Below are positions 1 through 8,171 of a DNA stretch of 64,000 nucleotides, in pieces; position 1 is the first letter of the stretch; each line of letters opens with the position of its first letter. The translations under genes were made by a program, and so were the position numbers. The notes beneath the pieces were generated by a model. The model was given only the letters and a program-made list of their open reading frames with translations, did no database searches and was not told where the DNA came from. Origin of the DNA: Terrimicrobiaceae bacterium (GTDB lineage Bacteria; Verrucomicrobiota; Verrucomicrobiia; Chthoniobacterales; Terrimicrobiaceae); the NCBI GenBank assembly GCA_041741775.1, contig JBGSJQ010000095.1:4154-68153 (forward strand). Direction: 5' to 3'.

Positions 1-717
1 CTCGAGCAGGGCTTCCGGAAAGACCGCCTGCGGGGGAGCATGCTCGGCATTGAAGCACGCCTCACCGGTCGAGAGGTAGCGCAGCGCGAGACCGTAGTGT
101 GTTGGCAGGGATTTGACCGACATGAGGACATCCGGACTCGTGTCAGACAGCTCGGCCTTGGCGCGGTTGAGCTTGTTGATAACGTCGTCCTCGAAGGGAT
201 AGAAGTCCAGAAGCCAGTTGAGCGCAGTAGCCGGGGTGGATTCCTTCGGGAGCGGCCCGGGGAGAGAAAGCTTGCCCGCCTGCTCGAGCGGTTGGAGATC
301 GAGCCTCGCCATGAAATCGCGCTGAAGAATGGCGTATTTTGACTGTGGGATGAGCACGGGGATGATGAGCTCAACGGGAAGATCCCAGAGGGCCGTGCTC
401 GCGGGGTTATAGTGCGCACAGAGCAGAAGCGGCCCCAGCGTGCCGAAGGGAATCCAAAACTCCTCCTCCTTGGAACCCATGTGCGGCGAGAGCCGACGGA
501 AGGCATTCTCAGCGCGCGTGGAGCTGGTCGTCCGAACCGGATTCAGCGGAAGGACGCCGAACTTCCTGGCCAGCCACTCGAGCGCTTCATCGGCCGGAAT
601 GCCATTCTCGTGCGCGAGATGATGGTGAAGGTCGAGGGATTCCTCCGGCTCCGCGTTACATTCGATGCCCCCCTCCTTGAGAATGGCGCAGAGATTCTGC
701 CAGGCTTCCGGGCTCAT
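1..717 (-). CDS. Partial CDS (N-terminal 239 aa, continues past the left edge); possible GspE/PilB N-terminal (T2SSE_N/MshEN-like) domain protein
   Basis: I translated the minus-strand frame by hand. It is open from ATG 715-717 to position 1 (MSPEAWQNLCAILKEGGIE...). Its ATG overlaps the upstream pseudopilin stop as ATGA (714-717). Segments such as EALEWLARKFGVLPLNP and GPLLLCAHYNPAS resemble T2SSE_N repeats. It is absent from the ORF track because the stop lies outside the window. Confidence 0.45.
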   Translation of the reverse strand, partial: MSPEAWQNLCAILKEGGIECNAEPEESLDLHHHLAHENGIPADEALEWLARKFGVLPLNPVRTTSSTRAENAFRRLSPHMGSKEEEFWIPFGTLGPLLLCAHYNPASTALWDLPVELIIPVLIPQSKYAILQRDFMARLDLQPLEQAGKLSLPGPLPKESTPATALNWLLDFYPFEDDVINKLNRAKAELSDTSPDVLMSVKSLPTHYGLALRYLSTGEACFNAEHAPPQAVFPEALLE

Positions 718-1220
718 CCGTTGGTGGAGCGTGGGATGGGGGTGTTCGTCGGAGCCGACTGGATTGCGCCCATGATTTTCATCAGGTCGAGACCTGTTCC
801 TGCGGTGCCCGCAGATTTGAACTCGTACAGGCGTCCGTTCCAGAGGGCACGGTAGGTGTTCGTGTCGCTGCTCGCGACAAATGTGGCATTCGGCGGAAGG
901 TAAGGCGACCCCGGGCTGGCCAGGCGGACATCCGGGTTCCGGTAGCGCAGCGAATCAAAAATGGCCCGTTCGTCATCGCTTCCGCTGCTCGTGGCCAGGA
1001 CCAGTTCCCAGTTCGCCTGATTGAACGACTGCACGGCCCCGTTGAGGAGGTTGAGGTTACGCTGCGCCGTCGCAGCGTTCGCGGTTTTGACATTATTTGC
1101 CATGATGGGTATCGCAACCGCAGCCAAAATGCCTATTACAGCAATGACAACGACCAATTCCATCAAGGAAAATCCGCAAGAATAGGCTGCGGATCCGGGT
1201 TTGTTAGCAATCATGCCCAC
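714..1220 (-). CDS. Prepilin-type N-terminal cleavage/methylation domain protein (pseudopilin)
   Basis: N-terminus ...SCGFSLMELVVVIAVIGILAAVAIP matches the class III signal peptide (G-F-x-L-x-E plus hydrophobic helix). It is the third of three tandem pilin-like genes. Confidence 0.8.
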   Translation of the reverse strand: MGMIANKPGSAAYSCGFSLMELVVVIAVIGILAAVAIPIMANNVKTANAATAQRNLNLLNGAVQSFNQANWELVLATSSGSDDERAIFDSLRYRNPDVRLASPGSPYLPPNATFVASSDTNTYRALWNGRLYEFKSAGTAGTGLDLMKIMGAIQSAPTNTPIPRSTNG

Positions 1221-1223
1221 CGG

Positions 1224-1679
1224 TCAATACGTAATGCTCGTGCTGCGAGCCGTGTTGCTAATGACGGTTTTTGTGGACATGGGCACGATGCTTGTGGGCA
1301 GAGTGAACGAATACCCAGAGGGGACAAAGGTTGCGAAGGAGGACTCGGCGAACGCGATGTAGCGTGCGAGGCAGTTGGTATAGCGATACGCGTCCGTTTT
1401 GCCCGACCAAGTGGTCTGTGCGATATTGGTTCCGTTTGCCTGAATGTAGGAAGCAATCGCGAGATTGAGCGTTTCTGCCCGGGCGCGGGCCAGGTTGTCT
1501 TCGCTGTCCTGTTTGACGCGGACGATATTCGGGATGGCCAGAAAGGTAATGACGCCGATGATGGCGATGGCGGCGAGCACTTCGACCAGGGAGAAGGCGG
1601 GAGAGGAGGAGGAAGTGCGATGTGACTGGGGTCGAGCATTCGGCCGGTCCCGTTTCGAATTTCGAATTTCGAATTTCAT
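1224..1679 (-). CDS. Prepilin-type N-terminal domain protein (pseudopilin, long leader)
   Basis: AFSLVEVLAAIAIIGVITFLAIP motif follows a 28-aa basic leader. Tightly packed, 3-4 nt from both neighbours. Confidence 0.7.
   Translation of the reverse strand: MKFEIRNSKRDRPNARPQSHRTSSSSPAFSLVEVLAAIAIIGVITFLAIPNIVRVKQDSEDNLARARAETLNLAIASYIQANGTNIAQTTWSGKTDAYRYTNCLARYIAFAESSFATFVPSGYSFTLPTSIVPMSTKTVISNTARSTSITY
1653..1677. repeat. Heptanucleotide tandem repeat (TTTCGAA x3 plus partial copy) at the 5' end of the pseudopilin CDS
   Basis: Read directly: gTTTCGAATTTCGAATTTCGAATTTCat, adjacent to the ATG at 1677-1679 (minus strand). Confidence 0.85.
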
Positions 1680-1683
1680 AATA

Positions 1684-2148
1684 TCAGTTCCACTCGACAG
1701 TGGGGTAGTTGGTAGCCGACCACGTTGTAAACTGGAGTGACATTCCAGCCTTGATCATGGCTTCGCTACGGATTTGATTCCCGGTGGAGTTGCTCTTGAG
1801 GTGCTGGTAGGTGGATTCGTGGAGGTAGTTGTTGCTGAGAAGATCGAGCCACTTTGCAGCCGTATTGGCAGCGGTGTATTTGGTGCGTGCGTCGGCCAGC
1901 GTGTTTGTCCCACTCGACTCTTGGGCGATCCAGGTATTGAGCGCGTCTTGGAGCGTGACCTGCTGCTGGAAGGCGACGGTTCGGCGGGCATCCATCGCGG
2001 CATTGGAGACGATGGTGAGAACCAGCGAGCTCATCACGCCGATGATGGCTATAACAATGAGAAGCTCGATGAGCGTGAACCCTGCCTTGGGCGAGTAGGG
2101 GCGCCCTCTGCCGAAGGAAGAGCAAAACAAGCGGAAGCTCGGCTTCAT
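1684..2148 (-). CDS. Prepilin-type N-terminal cleavage/methylation domain protein (pseudopilin)
   Basis: Internal ATG at 2146-2148 gives MKPSFRLF...KAGFTLIELLIVIAIIGVMSSLV (154 aa). The upstream part of the 475-aa ORF 1684-3111 overlaps fkp and looks non-coding. Confidence 0.8.
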   Translation of the reverse strand: MKPSFRLFCSSFGRGRPYSPKAGFTLIELLIVIAIIGVMSSLVLTIVSNAAMDARRTVAFQQQVTLQDALNTWIAQESSGTNTLADARTKYTAANTAAKWLDLLSNNYLHESTYQHLKSNSTGNQIRSEAMIKAGMSLQFTTWSATNYPTVEWN

Positions 2149-2194
2149 GAATTGAATATACCACGGCAGCGCGGATTGCCCAATGAAAAAACGG

Positions 2195-5056
2195 TCAACT
2201 GCGAGTAATAACGAGGCCGGTCTGGGAGATGGAAAACTCGACGAAGCGAGCCCTCGGGTTGGGCGGGTGCTGGAGGAGGGCATTGCGGATGCGGGCTCCG
2301 GCCATTTCGTCTTTTGCGAGGAGGAGCATGTAACCCCCGCCGCCGGCTCCGAGCAGCTTGGCAGCGGCTGTCCAGTCACTGACAGAAGCAAGGATGGCCC
2401 GAACCCCGGGGGGGTCGGTTCCGGGATCCAGCGCACGGTTGAGATCCCAGCTTGCGCGGATGACTTGGCAGAGCTGCGGCCAGGATTCACGCTGGATGGC
2501 CTGATAGGCGGCGACGGCGTGTTCCCGGATTGCGAACAGCCGGTCCATGTGGGAATGGGAGTTAAGAAGCATGCCGCGCACGATCTCCTGGAGGATGGTT
2601 TTCGCGACGCGGGTAATGCCGGTGTAGTAGAGCAGAGCGGTGCGGTTGGCGGATTGAGTCCCGAGGAGTTGCTCGGGAAGCCAGCGGATGGTGGGTTTCT
2701 GGTCGAGCCCTGGCCCTGTTTCGATGAGCTTGATCCCGTGGTAGATCCCGCCTGCCTGGTCCTGCCACCCGCCACCAGAGGTGAGCATCTGCTCCAGGGC
2801 CATGGTCCGGCGGAAGATTTCCTCATGATCCCATCCGAGCCCACCAGCCGAGCCGAGGGACGCCAGGAGTGTGGCCGCCAGGATGCTGCTGGTGCCAAGA
2901 CCGGAGCCCTTTGGGGTGGCTGCAAGGAGGGAGACTTCGAGGCCGCCTCCGAAGCGATCGAGCAAATCGGCGAGGCGGGTGGGAGCGTCTGAATGAAACC
3001 GGGGGTGAAAGCCCGCCAGGCAGAACGCGGCTTTGGCCAGCGAGAACTCCGCACGGACATCCGCGTATCCGTCCAGATCTGCAAACGAGCTGATCGTGGT
3101 CTGTGCACCAAGGTCGATGGATTTGATCACGATATGGCGTTCCGGGCAGACCCGCACAAAAACCTGAATGGGAGCCTGGCCGTTGAGATCGACGCCCATA
3201 TTGACGACCGCTCCGCCATGTTTGAGGCAGAAGGGTGGGGTATCGCTCCAGCCGCCGGCCAAGTCGAGGCGGATGGGAGAGCGCGCCCAGAGGATCTGGT
3301 CCTCGATCAGGGTCGAACGCGGAGTGACGGGCTGGCACAAGGCGATCATCTTTTCGGCCAATACAGAAAAGGCGGCCCCCTCGAGCGCGATCCCGCCCCG
3401 GCCTCTCGCGCGTTGCACGGCCCCGGCAAATGCCAGCTCATGCATGCAGTGAAGCGCATCGCCGCTGCTGGCAGGGACCTCCGGGTCGGGTGCCGGTCCG
3501 GTGGCGTAGATTGCTGCGGCATTGGCGAGGTCCATCCGATAAAACGGGTTGCTTTCACGGTGTTTCCAAAGGCTGGCGGCAGCCTGGGAGGCCTGAGAAC
3601 GGCGCTGGCGGAAGAGGCGTTCGAGGTTGACCTTCTCACCCAGCTCGCGTGCGCTGAGGCGCCGGGCGGAAGTCCACCGGCGGGCCATTGCGGAATCCGG
3701 GGACGGGGCACCGTCGAGCAACCAACCGATCCAGTCGGAATCAGGCTCTTCGACCAGGGCAAAAAGCGGAGACTCCTGGATGTCAGTCTCCAGAGAGACT
3801 CCGGCCTCCTCGAGCGAAATCCCGCGGGACTGGAACCAGTCGGTGGCCGGCCGTCCCATCCAGAGGGCTTCGCGGATCGGTCCGGAGAAGGGGTCATCGA
3901 ATCCATAATGCCGGATCGCAAATCCTTTTGGACCCACAGGAATGCAGTCCAGGCAGTCCCCGGGCTGGAGGGCAAAGGTCCAGTCCCCCTCCGGCAGGCC
4001 GGTCAGCACGTTGTCGTGCGCCGGCAGAAAATCATCGGGCAGCGAGCAGTTTTCTATCCAGAGCATGCGGTGAGTGGACGAGCGCTTCTGAAAGGCGAAG
4101 CGCGAGTTCAGGACATACATGTCGGGGTGGGGCTTCCGCCACAGACCGTTCTCGGGAATTTCGCCTGTCGAGCGGTTTTGAAGCGCCGAGAGGGACTCAA
4201 TCATCTGGCGGCTGGTGCCGAAGTGGTGGAACTCCGCATTCGCCAGGGGGACCATCCCCACGCTCAGGCGGCTGATTTCGGAATCCGGCACTTTGGGCGA
4301 GGAGCCGAGGGATGGCCCCAGCCCGGCATAGAGCTCGTAAGTGGAGGCGCTTCCGTCGGGGAACCCGGCACCCGTCCAACCGCACTTGGCCATCAGCACT
4401 GCGATGGCCTTGCGGCTGAACAGCCACAAGCCGGTGTCCACGAAAAACGCGTGTGTGGCGGTGAGCTCCCGGATTTTTTCCGGGGTCGGTTTTTGAAGAA
4501 AGAAGGCGACGTCCCCGGGGGATTCCCGGGGGGAAAAAAACACGCCGAAGTGGGAGGCGACTTCGGGGCTGACGGACATCCCGAAGCCGACGAGATCGGC
4601 GGAGGGTACGGGCGGGAGGCTGGAGGGGAACTTGAGGAAGACATCTCCGCTGGCCACAAGGAGGCGTGAGGTCTCGGTGGCGTGGCTGAGGACCCGCGCG
4701 TAGTCATCGGCTTGCAGATCGAGAAGCGTCTGGTCCATGCGTTGGCCGTGGGACCACCGCATGATGGGCACGGGCATGAGGACCTTGCCGCTGGGGGCGT
4801 AAGCCGGCAGGCGGCGGCTCTGGCCCCCGGCCAGGATGACCAACCGCTGCTTCGCGTCCAGCCAATTCTCGAAGGGGGCGTCCTGCTTCCTCCAGGCCTC
4901 GGCCAGCAGCTGGGCAATCCCCCCCCCCGATCCCAGCTTTCGGCCTGGGGGATCACAGGAAACAATCCATGGCCGCGGGGCGTCGGGGAAGATCCCCGCA
5001 AAAGCCTTCGACATGGCGGGAGGAAGCGACAAAAGAAACTCCTGGGGTCCTGGCAT
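2195..5056 (-). CDS. fkp: Bifunctional L-fucokinase / fucose-1-phosphate guanylyltransferase (Fkp-like)
   Basis: 953 aa. The N-terminal nucleotidyltransferase half has the LGSGGG loop and LAGGQSRRLP. The C-terminal half is a GHMP kinase (PKGSGLGTSSILAATLL). Size and architecture match Bacteroides-type Fkp. Confidence 0.9.
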   Translation of the reverse strand: MPGPQEFLLSLPPAMSKAFAGIFPDAPRPWIVSCDPPGRKLGSGGGIAQLLAEAWRKQDAPFENWLDAKQRLVILAGGQSRRLPAYAPSGKVLMPVPIMRWSHGQRMDQTLLDLQADDYARVLSHATETSRLLVASGDVFLKFPSSLPPVPSADLVGFGMSVSPEVASHFGVFFSPRESPGDVAFFLQKPTPEKIRELTATHAFFVDTGLWLFSRKAIAVLMAKCGWTGAGFPDGSASTYELYAGLGPSLGSSPKVPDSEISRLSVGMVPLANAEFHHFGTSRQMIESLSALQNRSTGEIPENGLWRKPHPDMYVLNSRFAFQKRSSTHRMLWIENCSLPDDFLPAHDNVLTGLPEGDWTFALQPGDCLDCIPVGPKGFAIRHYGFDDPFSGPIREALWMGRPATDWFQSRGISLEEAGVSLETDIQESPLFALVEEPDSDWIGWLLDGAPSPDSAMARRWTSARRLSARELGEKVNLERLFRQRRSQASQAAASLWKHRESNPFYRMDLANAAAIYATGPAPDPEVPASSGDALHCMHELAFAGAVQRARGRGGIALEGAAFSVLAEKMIALCQPVTPRSTLIEDQILWARSPIRLDLAGGWSDTPPFCLKHGGAVVNMGVDLNGQAPIQVFVRVCPERHIVIKSIDLGAQTTISSFADLDGYADVRAEFSLAKAAFCLAGFHPRFHSDAPTRLADLLDRFGGGLEVSLLAATPKGSGLGTSSILAATLLASLGSAGGLGWDHEEIFRRTMALEQMLTSGGGWQDQAGGIYHGIKLIETGPGLDQKPTIRWLPEQLLGTQSANRTALLYYTGITRVAKTILQEIVRGMLLNSHSHMDRLFAIREHAVAAYQAIQRESWPQLCQVIRASWDLNRALDPGTDPPGVRAILASVSDWTAAAKLLGAGGGGYMLLLAKDEMAGARIRNALLQHPPNPRARFVEFSISQTGLVITRS
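4919..4928. repeat. Homopolymeric C10 (G10 on the coding strand) tract inside the fkp 5' region
   Basis: Read directly: aatCCCCCCCCCCga. It encodes S43-G44-G45-G46 (tcg ggg ggg ggg) of Fkp. Confidence 0.9.
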
Positions 5057-5101
5057 CCAGGGAGTTTACCAATTCTTGATGCGTCGGCACGAAGATTTGC
5101 T

Positions 5102-5422
5102 ATGCTCGGCGAAATGAATCCGCACAATCTCCGTTCCGGACCTTTGCTGATCGTGGCGCTAGCCTCGCTCCTGCTCCCGGCCTGCCGGAATGCCGAGGGA
5201 CGCTTCCGTCCGCCGGATCCCATCGGCTACGCGATTTTTGAGGCCCTCGACCGGGGTCCCCGCGAGGCAGGAGCCCCCGTGCGCCCCGATTCCGACTACA
5301 TCGGGGACCCGGGCAATCTCGCAGTTCGAGGGCATCCGCCCACGCCTGAGTCGATATGGGTGGATGGCACATGGGGCACGTCAAACGGCCAGAGAATTTG
5401 GATTCCGGCCCACTGGCAGTAA
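5102..5422 (+). CDS. Small lipoprotein with C-terminal W-x-x-G-x-W type repeats
   Basis: Internal ATG of ORF 4682-5422 gives MLGEMNPHNLRSGPLLIVALASLLLPAC (signal peptide plus lipobox L-P-A-C). The C-terminus reads WVDGTWGTSNGQRIWIPAHW. The upstream part of the ORF overlaps fkp. Confidence 0.5.
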   Translation: MLGEMNPHNLRSGPLLIVALASLLLPACRNAEGRFRPPDPIGYAIFEALDRGPREAGAPVRPDSDYIGDPGNLAVRGHPPTPESIWVDGTWGTSNGQRIWIPAHWQ

Positions 5423-5469
5423 GGCAATCGGGCATTGGCGGGCCGGCCGTGCAGTGGTAGACTGAGACG

Positions 5470-7155
5470 ATGATGCAACCTCCGCCCGTGACGAAATACC
5501 GTCCGTTTCCGGTGGTCCACCTGCCCGAAAGGCAGTGGCCGAACCGGACGATTCAGCACGCCCCGATCTGGTGCAGCGTGGACCTTCGGGACGGCAACCA
5601 GGCCCTCGCTCAACCGATGAGCGTCGGCGAAAAGCTCGAATATTTTGAAATGCTGGTGGGCATCGGGTTCAAAGAAATCGAAATTGGCTTTCCCTCGGCC
5701 TCGCAGACGGAATTCGATTTTTGCCGCAGGCTGATCGAGGGCGGACTGATTCCGGATGACGTCTCGATTCAGATCCTCTGCCAGTGCCGGGAGGAGCTGA
5801 TCACGCGCTCGCTGGAGGCCCTGCACGGGGCAAAGAGCATCATTTTTCACCTCTACAATTCCACCTCGCCGAAGCAGCGCGAGTATGTATTCGGAGCGAC
5901 CCGTGAACAGGTGGTCCGCATCGCAACCGATGCGGTGGAATTCCTGAAAGAAAAGATGCAGCCGCTGGCATCGGAAGGCTCGCGGATCCGCCTGGAGTAT
6001 TCTCCCGAAAGCTTCACCAGCACCGAACTCGATTTCTCGCTGGAGATTTGCGAGGCCGTGACCTCGGTCTGGCAGCCCACGCCCGACAACAAGATCCTCA
6101 TCAACCTCCCTGCGACCGTGGAATACGCGACGCCGAACATCCATGCGGACCAGATCGAGTGGATGTCCACCCACCTCACCCGACGGGACGCGACCACGCT
6201 CTCGCTGCACACCCACAACGACCGTGGCACCGGGATTGCAGCCAGCGAGTTGGCGCTTCTCGCCGGGGCAGACCGGGTCGAGGGAACGCTGTTTGGGTTG
6301 GGCGAGCGCACGGGCAACCTGGATATCGCAACGGCTGCCCTGAACCTCTACCTCCAAGGCATCCACCCAGGCCTCGATTTCAGCGACATCAACGGCATTC
6401 GCGACGTTTATGAGCGGTGCACCCGGATGGAAATCCACCCCCGGCACCCCTATGCCGGCGATCTTGCTTTCACGGCGTTCAGCGGATCCCACCAGGATGC
6501 CATCAAAAAGTCCTGGGAGCGCCAGAGCCCCGGCGAGCCTTGGGACGTCCTTTACATCCCGATCGATCCGGCGGATATCGGTCGAAGTTACAAGGCGATC
6601 ATTCGCATCAATTCGCAATCCGGCAAAGGCGGCGTCGCCTATTTGCTGGAAAAGGACTTTGGCTACCAGCTTCCCAAGGCGATGCAAAAGGAGATCGGCC
6701 GAGTCATCAATGCCATCTCCGACGAAAAGGGCACCGAGCTGAGCCCGCAGGAAATTCACGACGTTTTTGTGAAGACCTACGTCAGCCGGGACAACCCGGT
6801 GACGCTGCTGGAGTTCTGCACCGTCGAACGAGCGAGCACCGTCACTTGCGAAGCGCGTTTGCTCAAGGAGGGCGCGCAATTGGCAATCACCGGGACGGGC
6901 AATGGGCCAATCGATGCCTTCGTCCAAGCGCTGCGGACAACAACCTTGCCGCGATTTGAGGTGCTCAGCTATTCCGAGCATTCGCTGGGAGCCGGGGCTG
7001 GAGCGCGAGCCGTGAGCTACCTCCAGATCAAGATGCCCGACAGCAGGGCATATTTTGGTGTCGGAAGCGACACCAACATCGAGTTGGCCTCGATCAAAGC
7101 GGTGGTAAGCGCCCTCAACCGCGGAATGGAAGCGGTTGTTTCCGCGCACCCGTGA
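5470..7155 (+). CDS. leuA: 2-isopropylmalate synthase (long form)
   Basis: 561 aa. Contains PIWCSVDLRDGNQAL, HTHNDRGTG, GERTGN and a C-terminal LeuA dimerisation/regulatory region, as in long-form LeuA. Confidence 0.95.
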   Translation: MMQPPPVTKYRPFPVVHLPERQWPNRTIQHAPIWCSVDLRDGNQALAQPMSVGEKLEYFEMLVGIGFKEIEIGFPSASQTEFDFCRRLIEGGLIPDDVSIQILCQCREELITRSLEALHGAKSIIFHLYNSTSPKQREYVFGATREQVVRIATDAVEFLKEKMQPLASEGSRIRLEYSPESFTSTELDFSLEICEAVTSVWQPTPDNKILINLPATVEYATPNIHADQIEWMSTHLTRRDATTLSLHTHNDRGTGIAASELALLAGADRVEGTLFGLGERTGNLDIATAALNLYLQGIHPGLDFSDINGIRDVYERCTRMEIHPRHPYAGDLAFTAFSGSHQDAIKKSWERQSPGEPWDVLYIPIDPADIGRSYKAIIRINSQSGKGGVAYLLEKDFGYQLPKAMQKEIGRVINAISDEKGTELSPQEIHDVFVKTYVSRDNPVTLLEFCTVERASTVTCEARLLKEGAQLAITGTGNGPIDAFVQALRTTTLPRFEVLSYSEHSLGAGAGARAVSYLQIKMPDSRAYFGVGSDTNIELASIKAVVSALNRGMEAVVSAHP

Positions 7156-7295
7156 CTTTCGGCGGAATTTTCCTGAGACGATCCAAGCATGGGCGATGAC
7201 AGGTCTCTCGCGGATGAGATGGATTTTGTGTGTAGGTTGCGAACAACCTGTGAAGCGGGGTGGGGATTTTCCAAGAACTACCAATCCGGGAACGT

Positions 7296-7459
7296 TTGTT
7301 CAGATCGGATCGGAGTCCTTCTTTTTTTGTTCACAGGGTCGTTTTCCTGTGGAACACCCATGGATAAAGCGGGGAACAAGCTTTGGGGTGGTTGTTCACA
7401 CTATTAATATGAAGAGATTGTCGGCCCAAAACTTCTCTTCTTATTCTAGATGTGAACAA
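7296..7459. repeat. Cluster of TTGTTCACA-type 9-mers in a 305-bp non-coding gap between convergent leuA and pyrF
   Basis: Exact TTGTTCACA at 7327-7335 and 7392-7400, and inverted (TGTGAACAA) at 7451-7459. Variants are TTGTTCAGA at 7296-7304 and TGTGGAACA at 7348-7356. An AT-rich stretch lies at 7400-7450. Function unknown. Confidence 0.5.
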
Positions 7460-7460
7460 T

Positions 7461-8165
7461 TCAGGTGGCCGCCTCGATTTCCTCCGCAATCCGGCGGAAG
7501 GCATCGAGAGGAGTGGCCGCTGCAGTAATCGGACGTCCGATCACCAGATAGTCGGCGCCGCAGCGAATCGCCTCGCCGGGGGTCATCACGCGGCGCTGGT
7601 CACCGATATCGCTTCCGGCCGGGCGGACCCCCGGCGTAACGATCACCAGACCATGCCCGAATTCCTCGCGAAGTAGTGAAATCTCATGGGGGCTGGCAAC
7701 GACACCACGCAGGCCGCAATGGGAGCCCATCTCGGCCAGGTGGAGAACCTGGTCGGCTGCAGGCCGGTGCACGCCCACAAGGTCGAGCGTATCGTCATCC
7801 ATGCTGGTCAGGACTGTGACCCCGAGCACAAGGGTTTTCGACCCCTCGGCGGCGGAAACGGCAGCGGAGACCATGGACGGCCCGCCAGAGAGGTGGATCG
7901 TCGTCATGTCAACGCCCAGCGATACCGCCGAATGAACCGCCTCCCTCGCGGTGTTCGGGATATCATGGAACTTCAGGTCCAAAAAGACGCGGGAACCCGA
8001 AGACTGAATTTCTTGCACCACCGTAGGCCCGGCGGCAGTGAAGAGCTGGAGGCCGACTTTGAAAACGCACCCTTCTCCAAGCAGCGGCTCGACGAGCCTT
8101 AGGGCGGAAGAACGTTCGGGCGTGTCGATGGCGACGATGATTTTTTCTTTGGCAGGAACAGACAT
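7461..8165 (-). CDS. pyrF: Orotidine 5'-phosphate decarboxylase
   Basis: Internal ATG at 8163-8165 gives MSVPAKEKIIVAIDTP...FLDLKFHDIPNT...VIGRPI (234 aa), with canonical PyrF motifs. The longer ORF to 8426 overlaps ispE on the other strand. Confidence 0.9.
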   Translation of the reverse strand: MSVPAKEKIIVAIDTPERSSALRLVEPLLGEGCVFKVGLQLFTAAGPTVVQEIQSSGSRVFLDLKFHDIPNTAREAVHSAVSLGVDMTTIHLSGGPSMVSAAVSAAEGSKTLVLGVTVLTSMDDDTLDLVGVHRPAADQVLHLAEMGSHCGLRGVVASPHEISLLREEFGHGLVIVTPGVRPAGSDIGDQRRVMTPGEAIRCGADYLVIGRPITAAATPLDAFRRIAEEIEAAT

Positions 8166-8171
8166 TGGCAG

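Noticed and set aside
40-855. Plus-strand ORFs 40-342 and 412-855 at the left edge
   Set aside because: The minus-strand frame is open across 1-717, is ATGA-coupled to the upstream pseudopilin and gives a more protein-like sequence. The plus-strand products are Arg-rich with no motifs.
2149-3111. N-terminal extension of the pseudopilin ORF (475 aa as listed)
   Set aside because: The extension overlaps the fkp C-terminal GHMP kinase region in another frame. The prepilin leader and GFTLIE motif start right after the internal ATG at 2148.
5296-7284. 662-aa ORF on the minus strand covering all of leuA
   Set aside because: It is antisense to an unambiguous LeuA sequence. Its translation is Arg/Gly/Ala/Pro-rich with no motifs, which is typical of shadow ORFs in high-GC DNA.
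7328-7356. Imperfect hairpin TGTTCACAGG-N8-CCTGTGGAACA after a T7 run, considered as a leuA terminator
   Set aside because: The T-run precedes the stem rather than following it, and the stem has a bulge. It is not a convincing intrinsic terminator, so I treated it as part of the 9-mer box cluster.
7136-7528. 130-aa and 72-aa plus-strand ORFs in the leuA-pyrF gap
   Set aside because: They overlap the leuA 3' end and the pyrF 3' end, have odd composition (Cys/Trp/Phe-rich) and lack a start context. The region is better described as non-coding with repeated 9-mers.
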